Below, in pieces: positions 46,153 to 53,425 of a stretch of 54,260 bases of DNA (the stretch's first letter is position 1; each line of letters opens with the position of its first letter). The stretch covers positions 1-54,260 of IMG/VR virus record IMGVR_UViG_3300036861_000225, one strand, 5' to 3'. Made by a program: the position numbers and the translations under genes. The notes under the pieces are model-generated. The model searched no databases and was not told the origin of the DNA. It saw nothing but the letters and a program-made list of their open reading frames with translations. The DNA is from a virus (lineage: Duplodnaviria > Caudoviricetes).

Positions 46153-46503
46153 CTAGAAACCGGACGGCTGGGCGACGGCGCGCGTGAGCGCCATCAACCC
46201 CTCTTGAAAGTGCGTGCGCGCGATCGCGGCCCAGCGCTCGGGCTCGGCGCGGTTCAGGCGTGCTTTCTCGGCGTGTGCGCGCTGAAACGCTGTCGGCGGG
46301 TCGCCTTCCGCAACAGTTTCAGTTTCGCCTCGATCGATGATTTCTTTCTGCGCGTACAGGTTCATGCCGGTCCGGTGCCGGACCTTCGCGATCAGTGCCT
46401 CGATCTCGTGACCCTTGGCCTTGATCTCGTTCATCAGCGCTGCCTCGGCTTCATTCAGCTGGCGATAGCCCGTGATCTTGGGTTGGGTGAAGGTTTCCAT
46501 CAT
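46153..46503 (-). CDS. acb2: Anti-CBASS Acb2-like cyclic-oligonucleotide sponge
   Basis: KITGYRQL.E.E..LMN.IK..G and AEPERW.AIARTHFQ.GLMALTRAVAQP..F match the Acb2 signature. Confidence 0.85.
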   Translation of the reverse strand: MMETFTQPKITGYRQLNEAEAALMNEIKAKGHEIEALIAKVRHRTGMNLYAQKEIIDRGETETVAEGDPPTAFQRAHAEKARLNRAEPERWAAIARTHFQEGLMALTRAVAQPSGF

Positions 46504-47804
46504 GCAAGGTTCTCCTGTTCAGGTTCAACTGCGAACCCGTCCGCTGACAGCTCGGGCGGGGTGTAGGGCTTCTTGATCTGGGCCGTGGGCTTCACGCTGG
46601 GCTTTGCCGGCGAGCGACTGATCAGCGGTTGGAGCTTCGCCCACTGCTTGCCGCCAAGCGCGGCCTTGCCTTCGGGCGTGTCCTTCGTCATCTTCTCGAC
46701 GCTGGTCGGACTCTTGAGGCTCAGATCGAACGCATCCTCGATCTTGAGACGGAAGGTCTTGCGCAGGAGATCCTCCACCGCGCCCTCATCATTCCATTTG
46801 CGCGCGCCCTCGCGACCCAGCTCCAGACCGAAGCCTTCGACGGCTTGGCCGGCGAGCAGACGTCGCTCAACTTCGGCGCGCACGGCTTTGATCCAATCCT
46901 CGATCATGCCGGTGGCGGCCATCGATTCCGCGAGTTCATCCGCCGCAGCGGGGATGCGCACGGTAGCCTCTTCGTTGATGACGGTGAAACTGCCCGCAAA
47001 GCTCTGCACCTTGCGCGTCATCGCGGGGCACGTCGCCATCGCGCGGCAGAAGCGGCAGTCTTCCTCGTTCGGGTCTGGGTGCAGGTAAGTCTGCGCCCAA
47101 GCGTCGAGACCGTCGCCGCTCAGGCCGGGCAGCGTGATCGTGGCCTCTTCGACCTTCGCGGCGCGCGCCTTCGCGTAGTCCGCGAACACGAGCAGGCCGT
47201 CGACGCTGATCGTCCACTCGGACAAGCCGCCGTGCTTCGGCTGGTAGATGCCGATGCGCACGCTGCGGATGTCGTAGGCCATTTCCAGCTCGGCGTACGC
47301 GCCCAGCGCGTAGAGCATGCCCTGGCTGTTGTTCTCGGGGTCGACCTTGACCCATCCGGTCTTGAGATCGATCACGAACAGTTCGTATCCGCCCTCGTCG
47401 AGCGGAATCAGGACGATGCAGTCCGCAGTGCCGAACTGCCCGGGCACGCCGACGTACTCGCTGAAGTCGACGCGGTGCTCGATCAGCATCAGGTTGCCGA
47501 TACCGAGCGCGCGCACGGTGTCGACGTAGCCCTGCGTCAGCTCGGCCATTTCCTCGGTGAACTTCACGGTGCGCGTGAGCTCGCCCGGGGCGTGCACCGG
47601 CACCAGCGTACCGATGGCCTTGGTCGCGCGCCAGTGCTCGGTGAGGCACATTTTCGCGACCGTGTGCATCGCGGTGCCGTCGTCGCTGGCACCGTTCGCG
47701 GTGTTCGGGTAGGCAGACTCCAGCGCGATGCGGCCGGCGCACTTGAGCCAGCCCTTGCTGGCGCTGGGGGACAGACGCGCGTGCTGTTCTTGGTGTTCGG
47801 TCAT
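46500..47804 (-). CDS. DUF2800 Cas4-like PD-(D/E)XK exonuclease
   Basis: HARLSPSAS..W..C, GT.MH, FGTAD, IDLKTG, Q..LYALG, C.FC.A...CP. Confidence 0.9.
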   Translation of the reverse strand: MTEHQEQHARLSPSASKGWLKCAGRIALESAYPNTANGASDDGTAMHTVAKMCLTEHWRATKAIGTLVPVHAPGELTRTVKFTEEMAELTQGYVDTVRALGIGNLMLIEHRVDFSEYVGVPGQFGTADCIVLIPLDEGGYELFVIDLKTGWVKVDPENNSQGMLYALGAYAELEMAYDIRSVRIGIYQPKHGGLSEWTISVDGLLVFADYAKARAAKVEEATITLPGLSGDGLDAWAQTYLHPDPNEEDCRFCRAMATCPAMTRKVQSFAGSFTVINEEATVRIPAAADELAESMAATGMIEDWIKAVRAEVERRLLAGQAVEGFGLELGREGARKWNDEGAVEDLLRKTFRLKIEDAFDLSLKSPTSVEKMTKDTPEGKAALGGKQWAKLQPLISRSPAKPSVKPTAQIKKPYTPPELSADGFAVEPEQENLA

Positions 47805-48019
47805 TGCGGTTCCCACATTCCCTCAACGGAGATCGTCGAGCCGTGCATGTATTGGATGGCTTCGCAGCCCTTGATTGCGCCGGCCTTGCGCTTGTACGCC
47901 TCGCCGCTCTCCGCGATCACGCGGCCATTGCGCGCGAAGAGGCGCCAGCGCCAGCCATCCTTGGCGCGGTACACGTCGAAGACGTACGGGAACTGCGACT
48001 TGGGGCGGGGCGGCTTCAT
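47801..48019 (-). CDS. YegP / DUF1508-family protein
   Basis: WRWRL.ARNGRVIAESGEAY. Confidence 0.85.
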   Translation of the reverse strand: MKPPRPKSQFPYVFDVYRAKDGWRWRLFARNGRVIAESGEAYKRKAGAIKGCEAIQYMHGSTISVEGMWEPQ

Positions 48020-48168
48020 TTCTTCACCTCCGCGAGCAGCAGATCGGTGAGCCGCACTGCTTCCTTCACGAGATCCGCCTCCGAAGGACCGAGCGGCTTG
48101 TTCGTGAGCCGTGCGGCGAGCAGGATCGTCGCGACGATCTGCCGCTCGTGTTGCTGGTCTTCGTTCAT
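48016..48168 (-). CDS. Hypothetical protein, 50 aa (MNEDQQHER...)
   Basis: GGAGG SD; ATGA overlaps. Confidence 0.6.
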   Translation of the reverse strand: MNEDQQHERQIVATILLAARLTNKPLGPSEADLVKEAVRLTDLLLAEVKK

Positions 48169-48311
48169 CGGGATATGCCCTCCAATGGGTGCAAATGCGA
48201 GCGCAGGCTCAGGTGCAGCGCGAAGAGGCCGCAGCACACGCGCCGGTGGTGCTCGGCCGGACTACGCAGCCCGGCACTCATCAGCGCGGATGCGAGCGGC
48301 GTCAGGTTCAC
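48165..48311 (-). CDS. Hypothetical protein, 48 aa (MNLTPLASAL...)
   Basis: Read manually; GTGA and ATGA overlaps fill the gap exactly. Confidence 0.5.
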   Translation of the reverse strand: MNLTPLASALMSAGLRSPAEHHRRVCCGLFALHLSLRSHLHPLEGISR

Positions 48312-48760
48312 GCCATCGACTCGTTGGCGTCAGCGGCGAGCTTGTCGAGCACGAGCACGAGCTCGGGGCGATCGGCCGCCTTCACGTCCTGGCCGGTCTT
48401 CACCAGTGTGCCGTACTTCTCGGCGAGCGTGGCGAAGAACGCCTTGATGCCGGTGCGGTTCGCAGCGCTGTTCGGGTTGCTCACGGCCACCATTTCGGCG
48501 ATGCGCTGACCGATCGGAGCGTAGGGCAGCTCAGCGGATTCGGTGGGCGGGGTCTCGGGCGCAGCGGGAGCCGGGGCCGGCACCGGGGCGGCAGAAGGCG
48601 GCGAAGCCGCAGGCTTGTCCGCCTTGGCAGGCTTTGGGGCCTTGGTCTCCGCGGGAGCCGGCGCGGTAGCGGCCGCCGCGGCCGCCGCGGTCTTGTCCCG
48701 GGTCAGGTACGCGATGGCTTCGTCCATGTTGGCGAAGGTGAGCTTGATCTCGACGGTCAT
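48308..48760 (-). CDS. Ala/Pro-linker protein typical upstream of DUF2800
   Basis: AAAGG SD; low-complexity linker plus small C-terminal domain. Confidence 0.75.
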   Translation of the reverse strand: MTVEIKLTFANMDEAIAYLTRDKTAAAAAAATAPAPAETKAPKPAKADKPAASPPSAAPVPAPAPAAPETPPTESAELPYAPIGQRIAEMVAVSNPNSAANRTGIKAFFATLAEKYGTLVKTGQDVKAADRPELVLVLDKLAADANESMA

Positions 48761-48975
48761 GTGTTGCCTTTCTGTTTGGCGGTGAGGAATTGGATGCGGC
48801 TGGTGAGGCTCGCGCGTTCCGAGCGCAGCCCGCCGATGTACCAGCGCAAGCAGCGCGCGTCTTCATGGCGAAGCTCAAGCATCGCGTCGGCGTAGTCGGT
48901 TTCGGTGTCCACGATTTCGTGGTCGACAAGGCGCAGCTTGAAGCGCGCGGCCCAGAGGCGCAGGGAGGTGATCAT
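48757..48975 (-). CDS. Hypothetical helical protein (MITSLRLW...)
   Basis: ATGA overlap with the downstream gene. Confidence 0.55.
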   Translation of the reverse strand: MITSLRLWAARFKLRLVDHEIVDTETDYADAMLELRHEDARCLRWYIGGLRSERASLTSRIQFLTAKQKGNT

Positions 48976-48982
48976 TGCGAAC

Positions 48983-49204
48983 TCAGCGAGCCAGCCGCAG
49001 CAGAGCATTGGCTGTAGCTGTCATTTCCATGTCTGTCCCACCCGATTCGCTGATCTCTTGCAGCGCGTCGGCCAAGCTGCGCAGCGTGTCAACGCGATTT
49101 CGCAGTAAGACGATCTTCGCGTCCGCAGCCGCTTTTGCCTTCACGGAATCGGACGATTGCCGGGCGTGACACGGCAGGGGATCGAGCAGGCTCATATCGG
49201 TCAT
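48983..49204 (-). CDS. Hypothetical protein, first gene of the leftward operon
   Basis: ATG just downstream of the promoter at 49267..49239. Confidence 0.55.
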   Translation of the reverse strand: MTDMSLLDPLPCHARQSSDSVKAKAAADAKIVLLRNRVDTLRSLADALQEISESGGTDMEMTATANALLRLAR

Positions 49205-49238
49205 ACGGTTCCCGGCTTTCGGCGTGTTGTGGGTCGGC

Positions 49239-49267
49239 AGACTAACTGCCGTATCAAATGCTGTCAA
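49239..49267 (-). promoter_or_regulatory. Strong leftward sigma70 promoter of the replication operon
   Basis: TTGACA-17 nt-TAGTCT on - strand. Confidence 0.8.
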
Positions 49268-49271
49268 GCGT

Positions 49272-49362
49272 TTTGGTTGGGCGCGCGGTTCGTGGTGCAC
49301 TAACCGGGAATCGACCACAGCATTAGCGAGGATCCATCACCGGAGCCACGCGCCCAACCAAA
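49272..49362. repeat. Perfect 14-bp inverted repeat enclosing about 63 nt
   Basis: TTTGGTTGGGCGCG (49272..49285) / CGCGCCCAACCAAA (49349..49362). Confidence 0.85.
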
Positions 49363-49368
49363 GACTCG

Positions 49369-49398
49369 AAAAAGAAGCCCGGGACCGAAGCCCCGGGC
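49369..49398 (-). terminator. Intrinsic terminator on - strand
   Basis: GCCCGGGGC-TTCG-GTCCCGGGC followed by TTCTTTTT. Confidence 0.85.
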
Positions 49399-49477
49399 CT
49401 TTGCGCTGGCAACTGCTTACCTGCGGCGTCGGGAACAAGGACAGGAGGAGGAGGAGGAGGGAGGGTTCACCCGACGC
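49369..49477 (-). ncRNA. Predicted ~109-nt sRNA with a (CCU)6 anti-Shine-Dalgarno loop
   Basis: Own promoter (49512..49484); 5' stem GCGUCGGG/CCCGACGC closing a CU-rich loop; middle hairpin; own terminator; no credible ORF. Confidence 0.7.
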
Positions 49478-49479
49478 GC

Positions 49480-49517
49480 TTGCAGTATGCACGGAGCAAG
49501 TGCTACAGTCAACGCCC
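49480..49517 (+). promoter_or_regulatory. Rightward leaderless promoter of cro, overlapping the sRNA promoter
   Basis: TTGCAG-18-TACAGT, 8 nt, ATG 49518; GAGC-AAGT-GCTA at 49494..49505. Confidence 0.65.
49484..49512 (-). promoter_or_regulatory. Leftward promoter of the sRNA
   Basis: TTGACT-17 nt-CATACT; predicted +1 near 49477 coincides with the first base of the stem. Confidence 0.7.
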
Positions 49518-49781
49518 ATGAACATGAAACTAAAGCGATTCATGCACGCCCTCACGGGCGAGCAACAGGAGCGGTTTGCGCGGCTTGCAAATACCTCGGT
49601 GGGCACGATCCGCCACTACGTGACCGGGCGCCGCGTGCCGTCGAGCTCGGCCGCGATCGCGATGGAGAAAGCTGCGGTTCGCATGAACGTGGACGGCGCG
49701 CCGGTTCTCGGGCGCCGCGACTTGTCGCCCGCGTGCAAGGGCTGCGAGTACGCCAAAGCATGCACGGAAAGGCTGGATTGA
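49518..49781 (+). CDS. Cro/YdaS-like HTH regulator with C-terminal CxxCxxxxxC
   Basis: QERFARLANTSVGTIRHYVTGRRVPS...AIAMEKA; ACKGCEYAKAC. Confidence 0.8.
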   Translation: MNMKLKRFMHALTGEQQERFARLANTSVGTIRHYVTGRRVPSSSAAIAMEKAAVRMNVDGAPVLGRRDLSPACKGCEYAKACTERLD

Positions 49782-49785
49782 AGCG

Positions 49786-50163
49786 ATGACAATGTACGAC
49801 TTGGCCCCCATGACCAACCCCCTCCTGAAGCCGTGCCCATTCTGCGGAGATGCAAACCCGCGTCTAGGCAAGATAATAGAAGGCGACATGCTTCTTCGCG
49901 GCTTCATCATCGAATGTAGCGATTGCACCGCCAACATGGACCGCTGCGAAACAGAGGAAGAAGCCGTCGAATACTGGAACTGCCGCGCCGTTGGTGGCAG
50001 TTCTGGCGCTGAAGGAGCACGCATGGCCAACCCCCTCCGAGAAGCCCTGGCCGAGGCACGCGACGCACTCTGCGAGCTTGCCACTGACAGCCGCCCATAC
50101 GTCGGGCTGTTAATTGACAGGATCGACTCTCTTCTCGCTTCTCCGGCGCCCCGCAGCACTTGA
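49786..50163 (+). CDS. Lar-like restriction alleviation zinc-finger protein
   Basis: LKPCPFCG...IECSDC.A...EEAVEYWN.R. Confidence 0.75.
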   Translation: MTMYDLAPMTNPLLKPCPFCGDANPRLGKIIEGDMLLRGFIIECSDCTANMDRCETEEEAVEYWNCRAVGGSSGAEGARMANPLREALAEARDALCELATDSRPYVGLLIDRIDSLLASPAPRST

Positions 50164-50189
50164 TACGCGGGTCCGCTCTGGTGTAACCT
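50160..50189 (+). promoter_or_regulatory. Candidate promoter before a structured leader of the nuclease/primase operon
   Basis: TTGATA-18-TAACCT; downstream inverted repeat CCGCCAACC/GGTTGGCGG. Confidence 0.5.
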
Positions 50190-50311
50190 GACGTTCCCGC
50201 CAACCCCAAGGATACCCCCTTTGATCTAGGCCGCCCCCGTCTTTCGGTTCGGGGCTCGGTTGGCGGCGATGCGCGCCTGTGACACACTGACACTCCTTCT
50301 CTGGAGACTGA

Positions 50312-50770
50312 ATGAGAGCCATCGAAACGCGCTACAAAGGGCGCCTGTTTCGCAGCCGACTGGAAGCCCGCTACGCGGTGCTTTTCGACGAGCTCGCGAT
50401 CGCGTGGGATTACGAGCCGGAAGGCTATGTTTTCGAGGATGGAACCCGGTATTTGCCGGACTTCTGGCTCAAGATCCCCGGCAAGCCAGGGCAGGGCTAT
50501 TGGGTCGAGGTCAAAGCCAGCGATCCCACGCCGGCGGAAGTGCACAAGCTTTCGCTGCTCGTGAGCAAGTCAGGGCATCAGGGCTGGTTCTTCACCGGCT
50601 CGCCGGGTGAAGGAAGCACACACTCACACGACGGCAAAGCCTGCGGGCCGCTGCGCTGGGCTGCGCCTATCGTGGCGTGCGCTACGCGGGATCTCAATGG
50701 CCGCTGGCGACAGGCCGCACACGAAGCGCTCGGCGCGCGGTTCGAGTTCGCAAAGAGGCGGCGTGCATGA
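50312..50770 (+). CDS. PD-(D/E)XK nuclease-family protein
   Basis: FRSRLEAR.A.LFD.L...W.YEPEG, YLPDF, WVEVK. Confidence 0.85.
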   Translation: MRAIETRYKGRLFRSRLEARYAVLFDELAIAWDYEPEGYVFEDGTRYLPDFWLKIPGKPGQGYWVEVKASDPTPAEVHKLSLLVSKSGHQGWFFTGSPGEGSTHSHDGKACGPLRWAAPIVACATRDLNGRWRQAAHEALGARFEFAKRRRA

Positions 50771-53097
50771 CAGTCGACATCCGGGATATCCGCGCGCTTG
50801 ACCCGTTGGTGCGCCGCGTACGCACCGACATCACCGCAGCGAAGACCAAGGTAAACGGCAAGACCGCAAGCTACTGGACAACGGACCCGCTGACCGACGA
50901 ACTGCTGAGCCAGCACCTCAACGGCGGGCCGGCGCGGGGCGTGTGCCCATTGCCGGCTGGCGGCAGTCACGTACTGGTGGCGCTGTTCGACCTTGACGAC
51001 CATCAAGGCGATGCCTCGTGGTCTGAAATGGCGCTGCTGGGTGCGAACCTGTGCGACGTGCTGGAGCTGGCGCACGGCTGTTCGCCGATTGCTTGGCGAT
51101 CCAGCGGCGGGCGGGGCATCCACGTCATGCTTGTGTGGGACGAGCCGCAAGACGCCTACAGCGTGCGCCAGTTCATGTTCCGCGTGCTCGACTCGATCGG
51201 ATTCGAGGCGGGCACCAAGGGCATCAAGGCCAAGCAGATCGAAGTGTTCCCAAAGCAGGACCGCGTGAACCTGAGCGGCCCGGGTAGCAACGGGAACATG
51301 TTCATCCTGCCGATGGCCGGGGCGAGCGAACTGCTGGTGCCGGACGAGTTCTCCGGGACGCTCGTGCCGTCGCCTGGGGGGCGCGAGGACGTGCGCTGGC
51401 TCGTGTGGGACGGCCGATGCCCACCGGTGCCGGTGCTTGAGCGGCCGGTGCGCGTGGCGCGCGCGGCGCGCGCGGCGGGCGACGTCGGCGCGGTGGATGA
51501 GGCCGAGCTACTGAGCGCCCTGGACGCGATCCCGAACACAGGCGACAAGACGTTGGACTATGACACTTGGTTCAAGGTCATGGCCGGCATCAACCACGCC
51601 TATGGTGGGGGCGGCGAAGAGTTAGCGATCACTTTCAGCAGGAAGGCCGGCGGCAAGCACGTCGAAGCGTTCTTGTTGGAGCGGGTATGGCCGTACCTGC
51701 GCTGCGATCGCGAGGACGGGATCACTGCGAAGACGATCTACCACTTGGCCGGCTCGTACGGCTGGGTGCGCCCGATCGACGCAGGCGCGTTCTCGGCTGT
51801 CGTGGTGGCTGGGGGTTCAGGGGGGCCGGGAGCGGCGCCCGCGCCGCTGCCTGCGTTCACCAGGGATCGGGCCGGCGCGGTGCTGCCCACGGCGACGAAC
51901 GCAGTGATGGCGCTGCGCCGGCCCGACGTGTGCGGCTGGCGGATCGGGCATGACGAGTTCCGCGACGAGATCACGGTGGCCGCGGCCGGCGCGCCCGAGG
52001 GCGACGGCTGGCGGCCGATGACGGATGCCGATCTTGTGCGCATCCGCGTCGCGCTGGAGGCCGTGCCGTTCAAGACCGCACCGAAGGAACTAGCACGCGA
52101 TGCCGCGGTGCTCGTCGCCGAAGAGAACCGCTACGACTCTGCGCAGCTGTGGCTCACAGGGCTGGAGCGCGCGCCCGGCTGGGATGGCGTGGCGCGATGT
52201 GAACGGTTCTTCGTCGAGTTCTTCGGCTGCGAGGACACGGCGTATACGCGGGCCTGCGGCGCGTACCTGTGGACCGCGCTCGCTGGGCGCGTGCTCGATC
52301 CGGGGTGCCAAGTCGACATGGCCGTGACGCTGGCCGGCGATCAGGGGCTGCGGAAGTCATCGGCCATCGCCGCACTCGTGCCTGACCCCCAGTTCTTCAT
52401 CGAAGTGGACTTCGCCGACAAGGAAGAGGACACGGCACGCCGCATGCGCGGGGCTTTGGTGGGCGAGATCGCCGAGCTGCGCGGCTTGCACACCAAGGAC
52501 CAAGACGGCATCAAGAAGTTCATGACCCGGCGCTACGAGAAGTGGATCCCCAAGTACAAGGAGTTCTCAACGACATTCCCGCGGCGCATCGTGTTTGTGG
52601 GCACCGTTAACCCGTCCGAGCTCGGGTTCCTGGCCGACTCGACGGGCAACCGGCGATGGCTCCCGCTGGACGTGTCCAGGGCGGACGTCGAGGGCATCGC
52701 GGCGGCCCGGGAGCAGCTGTGGGCGGAAGGCGCGGCGATGTGGCGCGCGGGCGGCGTGGCATGGCAGGCGGCCGAGCGCTTGGCGGGCCCTGCGCACGAG
52801 CGGCACACCATGCAAGACATGTGGCACGAGGCCATTGCCGAGTGGCTGGAGGGCGTGGAATCGATGCCTGCGGATGCCGGCGAGGAGGTCGTGGTGCAGC
52901 CGCGGGGGCGGTTCCCGGTGAGCGTTGCGGATGTCGCGAGCGGGGCGCTAGGGCTAGCAATCCGGGACTCAGGCCAACTTGCGCAAAAACGCATAGGGGC
53001 GGTGCTGCGCAAGCTTGGCTACGAAAAAAGGAACCTGCGCATCAACGGGGAGCAGAGAACCCGGTGGTGCTTGCCGTTGCTAGCTGGCAAAAAGTGA
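50767..53097 (+). CDS. Primase-helicase: AEP-type primase, PriCT-2 and VirE/VapE-like P-loop domain
   Basis: FDLDDH, SSGGRGIH, LDYDTWFKVMAGI, Walker A GDQGLRKSS, EIAEL, FVGTVN, DSTGNRRW. Confidence 0.9.
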   Translation: MTVDIRDIRALDPLVRRVRTDITAAKTKVNGKTASYWTTDPLTDELLSQHLNGGPARGVCPLPAGGSHVLVALFDLDDHQGDASWSEMALLGANLCDVLELAHGCSPIAWRSSGGRGIHVMLVWDEPQDAYSVRQFMFRVLDSIGFEAGTKGIKAKQIEVFPKQDRVNLSGPGSNGNMFILPMAGASELLVPDEFSGTLVPSPGGREDVRWLVWDGRCPPVPVLERPVRVARAARAAGDVGAVDEAELLSALDAIPNTGDKTLDYDTWFKVMAGINHAYGGGGEELAITFSRKAGGKHVEAFLLERVWPYLRCDREDGITAKTIYHLAGSYGWVRPIDAGAFSAVVVAGGSGGPGAAPAPLPAFTRDRAGAVLPTATNAVMALRRPDVCGWRIGHDEFRDEITVAAAGAPEGDGWRPMTDADLVRIRVALEAVPFKTAPKELARDAAVLVAEENRYDSAQLWLTGLERAPGWDGVARCERFFVEFFGCEDTAYTRACGAYLWTALAGRVLDPGCQVDMAVTLAGDQGLRKSSAIAALVPDPQFFIEVDFADKEEDTARRMRGALVGEIAELRGLHTKDQDGIKKFMTRRYEKWIPKYKEFSTTFPRRIVFVGTVNPSELGFLADSTGNRRWLPLDVSRADVEGIAAAREQLWAEGAAMWRAGGVAWQAAERLAGPAHERHTMQDMWHEAIAEWLEGVESMPADAGEEVVVQPRGRFPVSVADVASGALGLAIRDSGQLAQKRIGAVLRKLGYEKRNLRINGEQRTRWCLPLLAGKK

Positions 53098-53270
53098 CGG
53101 CTAGCGGGGTACGACTAGCACGCCGACGCCCGGTAAATCGTGAGGTGCTAACCGTGCTAGCCGTCTTCTCTAACTTAAGGTATATATAATACCTGTGTGT
53201 AGTGTAGGGGCATTCTGGGGAAAGGTTGGGGGATAGGGCTAACAGGGCTATCAGGGCTATCAGGGCTAGC
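53098..53270. other. Candidate replication origin: AT-rich core with GCTA-based iterons
   Basis: 4 x AGGGCTA(A/T/G)C at 53235..53270; 2 x GTGCTA(A/G)CC at 53145..53162; TAAGGTATATATAATA. Confidence 0.6.
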
Positions 53271-53332
53271 AAAGGAGCTTGCAGAAAACGACAAGGGGCG
53301 CACAAGGCGCCCCTTTGACCAAGCCGTAAAAT

Positions 53333-53425
53333 TTAGCGCGAAAGCTGGTCGACCAAAAGCCAAGCCCCGAGCAACCCAATCGTGACCGCGAGAGCCACCC
53401 CAGCGATACGGTCGGCCCAGCTCAT
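53333..53425 (-). CDS. Single-TM peptide, 30 aa (MSWADRIAGV...)
   Basis: GAGGGG SD; ATGA overlap. Confidence 0.55.
   Translation of the reverse strand: MSWADRIAGVALAVTIGLLGAWLLVDQLSR

Noticed and set aside
46500-47804. Cas4 as evidence of a CRISPR-Cas system
   Set aside because: DUF2800 is a standard member of the phage DUF2800-SSB-PolA module; no other cas genes or array
48240-48290. Hammerhead-like CUGAUGAG followed by a stem on the - strand
   Set aside because: GAG instead of GAAA after stem II, no stems I/III found, and a 48-codon ORF with start/stop overlaps explains the region
49443-49465. (AGG)6 on the + strand as a CsrA/RsmA sponge, G-quadruplex or SD array
   Set aside because: Promoter, predicted +1 and terminator polarity all point to the - strand; the GGAs are contiguous rather than in separate hairpin loops; the rightward promoter starts downstream of the tract
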